Source: a virus (lineage: Duplodnaviria > Heunggongvirae > Uroviricota > Caudoviricetes). From it: a DNA stretch of 64,000 bases. Below, piece by piece: positions 1 to 10,806 of this stretch. The notes under the pieces were generated by a model that was not told the DNA's origin, made no database searches, and saw nothing but the letters and a program-made list of their open reading frames with translations. A program made the position numbers and the translations under genes. How positions within the stretch are numbered: the stretch's first letter is position 1; every line of letters starts with the position of its first letter. The stretch lies in the IMG/VR virus record IMGVR_UViG_2576861193_000002, one strand, 5' to 3'.

Positions 1-98
1 ATCTGCGAACCCTGTCTGACTGCCTGAATACCGATGAATGGCCAGCTATTAAGACATTATCACTGCCCCGCTGGGCTAAGGAATATGCAAATGACTAA
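1..98 (+). CDS. recE: RecE (exonuclease VIII) C-terminal fragment; gene continues upstream of window
   Basis: Open frame from window edge ending ...[20 protein letters not shown]-stop; stop overlaps recT ATG; Rac recE-recT synteny. Confidence 0.55.
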
Positions 99-900
99 GC
101 AACCACCAATCGCAAAAGCCGATCTGCAAAAAACTCAGGGAAACCGTGCACCAGCAGCAGTTAAAAATAGCGACGTGATTAGTTTTATTAACCAGCCATC
201 AATGAAAGAGCAACTGGCAGCAGCTCTTCCACGCCATATGACGGCTGAACGTATGATCCGTATCGCCACCACAGAAATTCGTAAAGTTCCGGCGTTAGGA
301 AACTGTGACACTATGAGTTTTGTCAGTGCGATCGTACAGTGTTCACAGCTCGGACTTGAGCCAGGTAGCGCCCTCGGTCATGCATATTTACTGCCTTTTG
401 GTAATAAAAACGAAAAGAGCGGTAAAAAGAACGTTCAGCTAATCATTGGCTATCGCGGCATGATTGATCTGGCTCGCCGTTCTGGTCAAATCGCCAGCCT
501 GTCAGCCCGTGTTGTCCGTGAAGGTGACGAGTTTAGCTTCGAATTTGGCCTTGATGAAAAGTTAATACACCGCCCGGGAGAAAACGAAGATGCCCCGGTT
601 ACCCACGTCTATGCTGTCGCAAGACTGAAAGACGGAGGTACTCAGTTTGAAGTTATGACGCGCAAACAGATTGAGCTGGTGCGCAGCCTGAGTAAAGCTG
701 GTAATAACGGGCCGTGGGTAACTCACTGGGAAGAAATGGCAAAGAAAACGGCTATTCGTCGCCTGTTCAAATATCTGCCCGTATCAATTGAGATCCAGCG
801 TGCAGTATCAATGGATGAAAAGGAACCACTGACAATCGATCCTGCAGATTCCTCTGTATTAACCGGGGAATACAGTGTAATCGATAATTCAGAGGAATAA
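91..900 (+). CDS. recT: RecT ssDNA-annealing recombinase (Rac prophage)
   Basis: ORF 34..900; in-frame Met at 91 gives 269 aa [14 protein letters not shown]...; RecT family. Confidence 0.9.
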
Positions 901-956
901 TTCAGGCTGGCGGTGTAATGCACCGCCAACTTGAAATATTTTTTATGAGAAAAATT

Positions 957-1151
957 ATGAGATATGACAATGTTAAACCATGTCCATTTTGTGGTTGTCC
1001 ATCAGTAACGGTGAAAGCCATTTCAGGATATTACCGAGCGAAGTGTAACGGATGCGAATCCCGAACCGGTTATGGTGGAAGTGAAAAAGAAGCACTCGAA
1101 AGATGGAATAAACGAACCACTGGAAATAATAATGGAGGTGTTCATGTATAA
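957..1151 (+). CDS. ralR: Lar/RalR restriction-alleviation protein
   Basis: 64 aa MRYDNVKPCPFCGCPSV..., Cys-rich; internal start of ORF 918..1151. Confidence 0.8.
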   Translation: MRYDNVKPCPFCGCPSVTVKAISGYYRAKCNGCESRTGYGGSEKEALERWNKRTTGNNNGGVHV

Positions 1152-1353
1152 AATTACCGCCACTATTGAAAAGGAAGGTGGCACTCCTACTAACTGGACA
1201 AGATATTCAAAATCTAAACTAACGAAATCAGAATGCGAAAAAATGCTCTCAGGTAAAAAAGAAGCAGGCGTTTCCAGAGAGCAGAAAGTAAAACTGATAA
1301 ATTTTAATTGCGAGAAACTTCAGTCCTCGAGAATTGCATTGTATTCAAATTAA
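1144..1353 (+). CDS. ydaC: Rac small protein YdaC/RcbA
   Basis: 69 aa MYKITATIEKEGG...; internal start of ORF 1072..1353. Confidence 0.7.
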   Translation: MYKITATIEKEGGTPTNWTRYSKSKLTKSECEKMLSGKKEAGVSREQKVKLINFNCEKLQSSRIALYSN

Positions 1354-1431
1354 AACTTCATAGCTGATTATTAATAATCAACATCGGGCGTCAATTTCAG
1401 TCTAACATTGGCGCCTGCCAGAGGTGATGCG

Positions 1432-1647
1432 ATGGCACAAGTAATCTTTAATGAAGAGTGGATGGTTGAATACGGCCTGATGCTTCGCACTGGTCTGGGG
1501 GCCAGACAAATTGAAGCATACCGCCAGAACTGTTGGGTGGAGGGCTTCCACTTCAAACGAGTATCTCCTTTAGGTAAGCCAGACAGCAAACGAGGGATTA
1601 TCTGGTACAACTATCCAAAGATAAATCAGTTTATCAAAGACTCATGA
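1432..1647 (+). CDS. xisR: Rac excisionase XisR
   Basis: 71 aa [15 protein letters not shown]...; directly upstream of intR. Confidence 0.7.
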   Translation: MAQVIFNEEWMVEYGLMLRTGLGARQIEAYRQNCWVEGFHFKRVSPLGKPDSKRGIIWYNYPKINQFIKDS

Positions 1648-1648
1648 T

Positions 1649-2884
1649 ATGTCTAAATTACCAACAGGTGTCGAGATTAGAGGTAGATACATTCGCATCT
1701 GGTTCATGTTTCGAGGAAAACGATGTCGGGAAACATTAAAAGGCTGGGAGATTACAAACAGTAATATTAAAAAGGCCGGAAATTTAAGAGTGCTGGTAGT
1801 TCATGAAATAAACTCCGGTGAATTTGAGTATTTAAGACGTTTTCCCCAGTCCAGCACTGGGGCAAAAATGGTGACAACGAGAGTCATAAAAACGTTCGGA
1901 GAGCTTTGTGATATCTGGACAAAAATTAAAGAGACAGAGTTAACAACAAACACAATGAAGAAAACGAAATCACAATTAAAAACACTCAGAATAATAATTT
2001 GTGAAAGTACCCCGATATCACATATTCGTTATAGCGATATCTTAAACTACCGGAATGAACTGCTGCATGGAGAAACGCTTTACCTGGATAATCCAAGATC
2101 CAACAAAAAAGGAAGAACCGTGCGCACAGTTGATAACTATATCGCCCTGCTCTGTTCGCTGTTGCGTTTTGCGTATCAGTCGGGATTTATATCAACCAAA
2201 CCATTTGAAGGAGTAAAAAAATTACAGCGAAACAGAATAAAGCCTGATCCGTTATCTAAAACAGAATTCAATGCATTAATGGAAAGTGAAAAAGGACAGA
2301 GCCAGAACTTGTGGAAATTTGCCGTTTACTCAGGACTTCGTCACGGGGAACTGGCAGCTCTGGCGTGGGAGGATGTGGATCTCGAAAAGGGAATAGTGAA
2401 TGTCAGAAGAAACCTGACGATACTTGATATGTTCGGTCCCCCAAAAACAAATGCCGGGATCCGAACAGTAACACTACTGCAGCCTGCTCTTGAAGCACTG
2501 AAGGAGCAATACAAACTGACCGGGCATCATCGCAAAAGCGAAATCACCTTTTATCATCGGGAGTACGGCAGAACCGAAAAGCAAAAACTGCATTTTGTTT
2601 TCATGCCCAGGGTGTGTAACGGAAAACAAAAACCTTATTACTCGGTAAGCAGTTTGGGGGCAAGGTGGAATGCAGCAGTAAAACGTGCTGGTATTCGCCG
2701 CCGTAATCCGTACCATACGCGGCATACTTTTGCCTGCTGGCTGTTGACGGCAGGAGCGAACCCGGCATTTATAGCCAGCCAAATGGGGCATGAAACTGCG
2801 CAGATGGTGTATGAAATTTACGGTATGTGGATTGATGACATGAACGACGAACAGATAGCCATGTTGAATGCGCGGTTATCGTAG
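1649..2884 (+). CDS. intR: Rac prophage tyrosine integrase IntR
   Basis: 411 aa; C-terminal catalytic region (NPYHTRHTFACWLL ... MVYEIY) typical of tyrosine recombinases. Confidence 0.9.
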   Translation: MSKLPTGVEIRGRYIRIWFMFRGKRCRETLKGWEITNSNIKKAGNLRVLVVHEINSGEFEYLRRFPQSSTGAKMVTTRVIKTFGELCDIWTKIKETELTTNTMKKTKSQLKTLRIIICESTPISHIRYSDILNYRNELLHGETLYLDNPRSNKKGRTVRTVDNYIALLCSLLRFAYQSGFISTKPFEGVKKLQRNRIKPDPLSKTEFNALMESEKGQSQNLWKFAVYSGLRHGELAALAWEDVDLEKGIVNVRRNLTILDMFGPPKTNAGIRTVTLLQPALEALKEQYKLTGHHRKSEITFYHREYGRTEKQKLHFVFMPRVCNGKQKPYYSVSSLGARWNAAVKRAGIRRRNPYHTRHTFACWLLTAGANPAFIASQMGHETAQMVYEIYGMWIDDMNDEQIAMLNARLS

Positions 2885-2935
2885 TTGCAAAGTTTGCCCC
2901 CAATTTGCCCCACTTAGTACCAGAGAACTGAAATA

Positions 2936-3871
2936 ATGCAAGAAAATCAACAAATTACAAAGAAAGAACAATACAACCTGAACAAATTACAAAAACGTCT
3001 GCGTCGTAACGTGGGCGAAGCCATTGCTGACTTCAATATGATTGAAGAAGGCGATCGCATCATGGTTTGCCTCTCCGGGGGTAAAGACAGCTATACCATG
3101 CTGGAGATTCTGCGCAATTTGCAGCAAAGCGCGCCAATCAATTTTTCGCTGGTGGCTGTTAACCTCGATCAAAAGCAACCGGGCTTCCCGGAACACGTTC
3201 TGCCCGAGTATCTTGAAAAGCTGGGCGTTGAGTACAAGATTGTTGAAGAGAATACTTACGGTATCGTGAAAGAGAAGATTCCAGAGGGCAAAACCACTTG
3301 CTCACTGTGTTCTCGCCTTCGTCGCGGTATCCTTTATCGTACCGCAACGGAACTGGGGGCGACGAAGATCGCGTTGGGTCACCATCGTGACGATATCCTG
3401 CAAACGTTGTTCTTAAATATGTTCTACGGCGGTAAGATGAAAGGTATGCCTCCGAAACTGATGAGCGATGATGGCAAACATATCGTTATTCGTCCGCTGG
3501 CCTACTGCCGCGAGAAAGATATTCAGCGATTTGCCGATGCAAAAGCGTTCCCGATTATTCCGTGCAACCTGTGCGGTTCACAGCCTAACCTGCAACGTCA
3601 GGTGATTGCTGACATGTTGCGTGACTGGGATAAACGTTATCCAGGGCGTATCGAGACGATGTTCAGCGCGATGCAGAATGTGGTGCCGTCGCATCTGTGC
3701 GATACCAACCTGTTCGATTTCAAAGGCATCACCCACGGTTCTGAAGTGGTTAACGGGGGTGATCTGGCGTTTGATCGCGAAGAGATCCCACTACAACCGG
3801 CGTGCTGGCAGCCAGAAGAAGATGAAAATCAGTTGGATGAGTTACGGCTGAATGTGGTTGAAGTGAAATAA
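2936..3871 (+). CDS. ttcA: tRNA 2-thiocytidine biosynthesis protein TtcA
   Basis: 311 aa; PP-loop SGGKDS motif and CxxC pairs. Confidence 0.92.
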
Positions 3872-3875
3872 CCAG

Positions 3876-3957
3876 GATAGCGCCCGATGCGCAAGCGTAT
3901 CGGGCTACTCTTATGGAGGCCGGATAAGACGCGGCCAGCGTCGCATCCGGCAATCCC
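3876..3957. repeat. REP/BIME-type extragenic palindromes between convergent ttcA and dbpA
   Basis: GCCGGATAAGACGCGGCCAGCGTCGCATCCGGC-type imperfect palindromes. Confidence 0.5.
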
Positions 3958-3999
3958 GAATAAGATGTTTACTCTTGCACCCGGCAATTCAACATTTCA

Positions 4000-5373
4000 T
4001 TATTTTAATAACCGCACCCGGCACGTTTTTCCTTTAATCTTCCCGCCCTGTAACTGTTTCCATGCTTTATGAGCAACAGCCTGACGGACCGCGACATAGA
4101 CATGCGCCGGATGCACGGCGATTTTGCCAATATCTGCGCCATCAAGCCCGATATCTCCTGTCAGTGCACCTAATACATCACCCGGGCGCATTTTGGCTTT
4201 TTTCCCGCCATCGATACACAACGTTGCCATTTCTGCTTCCAGCGTCGCAATGGAACTATTAGCTGGCGGCGTTTGCCAGTTAAGTTTTATCTGCAACATG
4301 TCAGAAATGATATTGGCCCGCTGTGCTTCTTCCGGAGCACAGAAACTGATCGCCAGACCGCTATTTCCTGCACGAGCTGTACGACCGATGCGATGTACAT
4401 GAACTTCAGGGTCCCACGCCAGCTCAAAGTTCACCACCAGCTCAAGCGATTTAATATCCAGACCACGCGCAGCAACATCAGTCGCGACCAGTACACGGGC
4501 GCTACCGTTAGCAAAACGTACCAGGGTCTGATCGCGATCGCGTTGCTCCAAATCGCCGTGTAATGACAATGCACTTTGCCCTACTTCATTCAGCGCGTCG
4601 CAGACAGCCTGGCAATCTTTTTTGGTATTGCAAAACACCACGCAAGAGGATGGCTGATGCAAGCTTAATAACCGTTGCAACAGAGGAATTTTGCCTTTGC
4701 TGGATGTCTCATAAAATTGTTGTTCAATGGGTGGCAAAGCATCTGTTGAGTCAATTTCAATCGCCAAAGGATCGCGTTGCACTCGTCCGCTGATTGCAGC
4801 GATGGCTTCCGGCCAGGTTGCCGAAAACAGAAGCGTCTGTCGAGATGCAGGCGCAAAACGGATGACATCATCAATGGCATCGCTAAATCCCATATCCAGC
4901 ATGCGGTCGGCCTCATCCATCACCAGCGTATTCAACGCATCCAGTGATACCGTGCCTTTTTGCAGGTGATCCAGCAAACGCCCCGGCGTTGCCACGATAA
5001 TATGCGGCGCATGTTGCAACGAATCACGCTGCATACCGAACGGTTGACCACCGCACAACGTCAAAATTTTGGTATTTGGCAGAAAACGCGCCAGCCGACG
5101 CAATTCACCTGCCACCTGATCCGCCAGTTCACGCGTAGGACACAGCACTAAAGCCTGGGTTTGAAATAGCGACGCATCAATTTGCTGTAACAAGCCGAGG
5201 CCAAAAGCCGCCGTTTTGCCGCTGCCGGTTTTCGCCTGCACGCGAACATCTTTTCCGGCAAGGATCGCCGGAAGCGCGGCGGCCTGCACCGGCGTCATGG
5301 TTAAATAACCCAACTCATTAAGGTTCGTGAGTTGGGCGGGAGGCAAAACATTCAGGGTAGAAAAAGCGGTCAC
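4000..5373 (-). CDS. dbpA: ATP-dependent RNA helicase DbpA (DEAD-box)
   Basis: 457 aa; Walker A AKTGSGKT, DEAD box VMDEAD, SAT, HRIGRTAR motifs. Confidence 0.92.
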   Translation of the reverse strand: MTAFSTLNVLPPAQLTNLNELGYLTMTPVQAAALPAILAGKDVRVQAKTGSGKTAAFGLGLLQQIDASLFQTQALVLCPTRELADQVAGELRRLARFLPNTKILTLCGGQPFGMQRDSLQHAPHIIVATPGRLLDHLQKGTVSLDALNTLVMDEADRMLDMGFSDAIDDVIRFAPASRQTLLFSATWPEAIAAISGRVQRDPLAIEIDSTDALPPIEQQFYETSSKGKIPLLQRLLSLHQPSSCVVFCNTKKDCQAVCDALNEVGQSALSLHGDLEQRDRDQTLVRFANGSARVLVATDVAARGLDIKSLELVVNFELAWDPEVHVHRIGRTARAGNSGLAISFCAPEEAQRANIISDMLQIKLNWQTPPANSSIATLEAEMATLCIDGGKKAKMRPGDVLGALTGDIGLDGADIGKIAVHPAHVYVAVRQAVAHKAWKQLQGGKIKGKTCRVRLLK

Positions 5374-5402
5374 AATCTATTCTCGTGGTCATCGACGCAA
5401 AG

Positions 5403-5576
5403 TTAGCAGGCGCGTATCCTCGCAGATCTACGCTCACGATGCGACAATTTAATCGGTTCTTCATCGGGTGGTGGGTCAGGCATGGGTTGCGGGCGAGGGA
5501 TCGGATCGGGCACTGGAACAGGATCGCCAGGAATCGGTTCAGGGACAGGAATTTGCAAATAAATAAGTGTCGTCAT
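5403..5576 (-). CDS. small proline-rich hypothetical protein (57 aa)
   Basis: MTTLIYLQIPVPEPIPGDPVPVPDPIPRPQPMPDPPPDEE...; GAGGG RBS before ATG; below ORF-track size cutoff; coordinates approximate. Confidence 0.3.
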   Translation of the reverse strand: MTTLIYLQIPVPEPIPGDPVPVPDPIPRPQPMPDPPPDEEPIKLSHRERRSARIRAC

Positions 5577-5632
5577 ATTTCCCTCTGGTCATTGGGTGGA
5601 CTCTTAAAGGGTAGACGCTGATAAATAACAGG

Positions 5633-5662
5633 CAAAAAAAAGCCGACTCATCAAAGTCGGCG
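5633..5662 (-). terminator. rho-independent terminator downstream of zntB (possibly bidirectional)
   Basis: GCCGACTcatcaaaGTCGGC hairpin flanked by A-run on plus strand, T-run on minus. Confidence 0.5.
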
Positions 5663-5850
5663 TCGTACGAATCAATTGTGCTATGCAGTAATTCAAAAAA
5701 GGAAGTAAGACAATATGGAGCGCAACGCCCATCGCTTGACGTTGCATTCACCTGCAAGAGAGATATTGCCCTGAATGGGTAGAGAGTTTATTGACTTCGC
5801 TCAAACTTTGCGGCGTTTTTGTATACAGACAGCCGGAAAAATTGCTTTTG

Positions 5851-6855
<1,005 letters not shown>

Positions 6856-7088
6856 TTATTTTGTAGTCTAGCCTTCTGGCCCTGTTACGCAACATCTCAT
6901 CACCCCATTACCCTGAAATGATTAATAAAATTCTGTCTAAATTGAATACAAAAAGCAAAATGCTTTTCCGTATACAAACCGTGTGAAGTGTTAAATAGCG
7001 TCTATCATTATCAGAATTATCTGATCATATGACGTGGCTTTTTTGCGATCGGATAGCAACAAAAATTGATAAAAATAACGGGATCTCA

Positions 7089-7139
7089 ATGATTACGCAC
7101 AACTTCAATACCCTGGACTTACTCACCAGTCCTGTCTGG
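7089..7139 (+). pseudogene. dgcM: 5' fragment of diguanylate cyclase gene dgcM (codons 1-17), separated from rest of gene by prophage
   Basis: ATG then MITHNFNTLDLLTSPVW, frame ends 2 codons into prophage DNA; reading frame resumes at 62966 (VWIVSPFEEQ...). Confidence 0.6.
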
Positions 7140-7140
7140 A
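7132..7140. repeat. left junction repeat (candidate att core) CTGTCTGGA
   Basis: Same 9-mer at 62961-62969; both lie in dgcM reading frame. Confidence 0.5.
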
Positions 7141-7209
7141 ATGGTTAGCACTATTAATAATAATTTATAAAACAGTATGTTATAGTGCTTTTGTTTTTGG
7201 TTTTGGATA

Positions 7210-7232
7210 TTTGGTCACTATTTGGTACACAA
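7210..7232. repeat. 23-bp direct repeat TTTGGTCACTATTTGGTACACAA (candidate integrase arm-type site)
   Basis: 22/23 identical copy at 62798-62820 just upstream of int start. Confidence 0.45.
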
Positions 7233-7262
7233 AAAGAAACGAGGCGTTAGCCTCGTTTCGCG
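7226..7262 (-). terminator. terminator after tail-fibre gene (end of late operon)
   Basis: GAAACGAGGC-ttag-GCCTCGTTTC hairpin followed by T-run on minus strand. Confidence 0.45.
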
Positions 7263-7288
7263 CGGCGATGTTCTTCGCACATCACCTC

Positions 7289-9478
7289 TTATTCTTCGCT
7301 TCCGGTCAACTGCCGGACAAGCTCTTCAAGTTTTGTGATCCGTTCATCCATGACGGCAATGTTAGCTCGTAGGCTGGCATTCTCCCCTTCCAGTTCGGTG
7401 ACGCGGTTATCTGTTTCGTGTGCCACCTGGACAAGTAAGCCAGTCACTGCGGCATAATCAACATTGAGGTAACGCGATTCTTCGCGTAGCTCGTTGCCAT
7501 CAATGGTCGGCCCCTGCAACTCTTTGCCGTAATGAGTAAACGATCCAACAGCCTCCGGTAGCGCCTCCATAACCTCCTGAGCGATAACACCAGCGTAAGG
7601 CAGGCCGTTTTCCTTAAGGGTATAAGTGTACCCGTTCATTTTGCGGATGGCTTCAGTTGCGTTATTTATAACCTGAATGTTGTCTTTAAGGTCGCGATCA
7701 GATGATTGATTTACTGATAAGCAAGTAACGCTTCCAGACGCTTTAATATTTGTCACATCAAGTCTGTCGTTTGCAAAATTATATGAGATTGCTGTGCTTG
7801 TGCTTCCGGCATCATCATAATTGCTTTTATGAATAAACCAGTTTCCGCCATTAGCAATAAGGGTATAAGCTGGCGTGTTAGCCGGGCGATCTGTTTCATC
7901 AAATCTTATTGCAGGGTTAGCACTATTTATTTGCAAAGGTTTTTCAAGCGTTGATTTCAGTATCGCACTATCTACAATTAAATTACCTTCTGAGTTAAGG
8001 TTTAGATATTTTGAATCACCAGTTGAACCATTGTATACAAACCTTATTGTTAATTGACTTTTCCCTTCTGATAAAGTCTGAGCATACATATAAGCTGCAA
8101 GACGCAAATCGTCGTTAGTTGACAATAGTCTTGTGCGGAGGATTCCACTAGATGTGCCTACGTCTGTCGAATCACTATATTTATCAAGAAATAGACTATT
8201 AAGCTGAGGGCTATTATCCCTGCCCAACCCTAGATTAGTTCTGGCATTATCAAGGCTTGTCGCACCAGTGCCGCCTTGAGCAACGGCTAACGGTATCCAT
8301 TTTTTTTGCGTATCGCTGTAACAACCCCACGATGAGGCAGATAAACCAAGTCGCATAGAGTTGTCAGCGTTATATATCCATGTTTCGCTGCCCCACTCAC
8401 TAACCCTTTCGGTTGATACCATTTTTTTCCATGCGCTCCAACCTTGCCCGCCATACGACCTTCTGTAACTAATTTTCATATCGTTAAACAAATAATAGGT
8501 CTGCATGCACCCTTCTGAATCACCTGCGCCAGTTTTTTGCACTAACAATGAACCAGCAATCTGTATGGGGTAATTTAATTCAGGTTTTGCGTTTGCTGAT
8601 AATACTTGATGATAAAATCCTGCTGCGCTTCCTTTTAAGTCATCAAGATTCTGTCTATCGCTAAGGGTAGTTTTTGCATCATGCATAACCATTAGGTTTT
8701 TTCTGGCTTCTGCTGCGTTTCCAGCACCAGTACCGCCATACATAACGCCTAACTTAAGTGCCCCGGCGGTTGAATAAGCACCCCACCCAGCGTTATTAAC
8801 GAAGATGTAATTTTTATTTTCTCCGTCCCGCAACTGAGTTTCTTTTGAGGAACCACCATTTTGAAGCAAGCGATTTACTTCATCCTTGCGTGCGTGGCGT
8901 GTCCAGTTCTGGCCTGATGCTGCGACCCATGTATAAGTATAAAGTGATCGCGTAGACCAACCGACAAAGACGCCAGCATATGAAGGCGACGCATCCCGCT
9001 GACAGATAAATCCACTCAAAAATGATTCGCCAGCCGCTACGGAAGGAAAGCCCTTAGTCGTTTCCTTTATGCGCAAAAAGCCAACGTAAGAAGACGGATC
9101 GCCTGATATATCGACGCAATCTCGCGGCTCTGGACCCAAGCCAATATTGCTGCCATCTATTGCGCTTGATATTTCATCTTCCTTTTCCTGATAAAAACGA
9201 AGTGTTTCAGCTACATCCTGGGCAAGCCCATCAACTGAGATCGAATCAGAAAGCAGAATACTAAATTTTGTTCCGGCAGGGATGGCGGGGTTAGCCGCTG
9301 GCGTTACTGACAGTTCAGTACCGCTTTTAATTTCTGTGATGGTAAAGATCTGCACCGGATTGCCGATTGCAATGAGCGTGCAACCTACACGAATGAGAGA
9401 AAGCGGCGCGGAAAAGTTTGTTCCCGTGCCTGTAACAGTATTGCCATTAATGGCAATTGTTCCAGTTGTGTAAATCAT
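7289..9478 (-). CDS. side tail fibre/tailspike with C-terminal intramolecular chaperone (peptidase S74-like) domain
   Basis: 729 aa; C-terminal ...DLKDNIQVINNATEAIRKMNGYTYTLKENGLPYAGVIAQEVMEALPEAV... then coiled coil, resembling fibre self-cleaving chaperone domains. Confidence 0.75.
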   Translation of the reverse strand: MIYTTGTIAINGNTVTGTGTNFSAPLSLIRVGCTLIAIGNPVQIFTITEIKSGTELSVTPAANPAIPAGTKFSILLSDSISVDGLAQDVAETLRFYQEKEDEISSAIDGSNIGLGPEPRDCVDISGDPSSYVGFLRIKETTKGFPSVAAGESFLSGFICQRDASPSYAGVFVGWSTRSLYTYTWVAASGQNWTRHARKDEVNRLLQNGGSSKETQLRDGENKNYIFVNNAGWGAYSTAGALKLGVMYGGTGAGNAAEARKNLMVMHDAKTTLSDRQNLDDLKGSAAGFYHQVLSANAKPELNYPIQIAGSLLVQKTGAGDSEGCMQTYYLFNDMKISYRRSYGGQGWSAWKKMVSTERVSEWGSETWIYNADNSMRLGLSASSWGCYSDTQKKWIPLAVAQGGTGATSLDNARTNLGLGRDNSPQLNSLFLDKYSDSTDVGTSSGILRTRLLSTNDDLRLAAYMYAQTLSEGKSQLTIRFVYNGSTGDSKYLNLNSEGNLIVDSAILKSTLEKPLQINSANPAIRFDETDRPANTPAYTLIANGGNWFIHKSNYDDAGSTSTAISYNFANDRLDVTNIKASGSVTCLSVNQSSDRDLKDNIQVINNATEAIRKMNGYTYTLKENGLPYAGVIAQEVMEALPEAVGSFTHYGKELQGPTIDGNELREESRYLNVDYAAVTGLLVQVAHETDNRVTELEGENASLRANIAVMDERITKLEELVRQLTGSEE

Positions 9479-9612
9479 CGCAATGACTCCATTTTGTTAA
9501 TTAACGGAATAATTCTACCATTTTGTGATCTGTGTTGCATTTTATGCTTATACAAAATGTATATTATAATAAACAAAGCAACAAATACACACAATCTGAG
9601 TGGGGTGTACTA

Positions 9613-9831
9613 ATGAAAATGGTAACAATTATCGCTGTTGCGGCTATTCTGGTTGGTTGCGCTGACACTAATCGACACAACGGTCATTGTGCAACTAGCG
9701 CATACGGTGTCTGCTATGAAAGATGGGTTGATGGTGTAATGGTTCCTGCCGGGGAAATTTGTCGGGTGTATGATGGCACTGATGGCCATAGTGGCAAGAC
9801 TAGAGATTGCGGAAGTAAGGAGTGGTATTAA
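9613..9831 (+). CDS. small Cys-rich lipoprotein (candidate superinfection-exclusion / receptor-masking protein)
   Basis: Internal Met of ORF 9532..9831: MKMVTIIAVAAILVGC lipobox; 6 Cys in mature part; opposite strand to adjacent tail fibre. Confidence 0.55.
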   Translation: MKMVTIIAVAAILVGCADTNRHNGHCATSAYGVCYERWVDGVMVPAGEICRVYDGTDGHSGKTRDCGSKEWY

Positions 9832-10766
9832 TGGGTGCAGGTATATATATTGGGCTGAATGACGGACGCCCTGCAATGGAAATAACAAGCGGGTTGCGTG
9901 CGTTCTCACACGCTGGAGATTTCAATATTCAAAAGGCCGGGTTTTTGCAAAGTTTTTCCATAAAGGATTTAACTGGCGGAGATAAGTTTTTAATCCCAAA
10001 GGCAGGCGCTTACGCGTTTGAGCTTGACCGGGGCGTTGAAACATATTTTATATCAGGCTTTAGTGCTTCTGGTGGCACGGCAAGGATTTCAATTAGTGGT
10101 GAGAACGCATATTCTGATAGGATCACTAATTTTAGCGGTAGCGTGTTTGAGATAGCAAAGGCGTCTACTGGTGAGGGTATATTAGTTGCAGATAGCACAG
10201 GTTTTGCATCGATAACGACTAACGATACATTGATGTCATGTTTATGGGTTGGAAGTGTTAGCTTTACTGGGTCTTACACTATGCCAGTTGCTGGCGTTCC
10301 TTTCGGTAACTGGAGCAATAGCGGAGTTTCAGTTGAGTTTGACGGAAACAATAAATTGATCTGTACAAACACAAACACCTCTTCCACTGGTGACACATAT
10401 GGATCTGTGGCGATGAATTTGGCTATTTTTAGCAAATCACCGCCATCACCTGGCGACGGAATAACCATCATCAATAAAAATAATCAATGCGTGTTTTCAA
10501 CAAAACAAAGGCCATTGGTTGTTAAGGGATTTATAACGTTATCTAATAGTTATCAGAATATTGGTGACGCATTCTTCCCAATATTGAGATGCGGCTTTAA
10601 TACCAGAGCCATTAAAGCATACAAGGAGCTAAGATACAAAGGCATTATGATGTACAATGGGCAGGTGAAAAGCGGAACAGGATCAAGGATTGTCAGGTAT
10701 GAAATAGGTAACAGGCCGGATTTCTGTATAGGTATGAAGCTACCTTATTTGCCAGCAATTTATTAA
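9831..10766 (+). CDS. hypothetical Gly/Ser/Thr-rich beta protein, translationally coupled to lipoprotein
   Basis: AAGGAG RBS, ATG overlapping upstream stop (TAATG); 311 aa; no recognised motif. Confidence 0.5.
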   Translation: MGAGIYIGLNDGRPAMEITSGLRAFSHAGDFNIQKAGFLQSFSIKDLTGGDKFLIPKAGAYAFELDRGVETYFISGFSASGGTARISISGENAYSDRITNFSGSVFEIAKASTGEGILVADSTGFASITTNDTLMSCLWVGSVSFTGSYTMPVAGVPFGNWSNSGVSVEFDGNNKLICTNTNTSSTGDTYGSVAMNLAIFSKSPPSPGDGITIINKNNQCVFSTKQRPLVVKGFITLSNSYQNIGDAFFPILRCGFNTRAIKAYKELRYKGIMMYNGQVKSGTGSRIVRYEIGNRPDFCIGMKLPYLPAIY

Positions 10767-10806
10767 TAAAATTAGTTGCCCCAACCATTTGGCGGGGCAA
10801 CAGTTA

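Noticed and set aside
4062-5151. Plus-strand ORFs of 63-96 aa overlapping dbpA
   Set aside because: All lie antisense within a well-supported 457-aa helicase gene.
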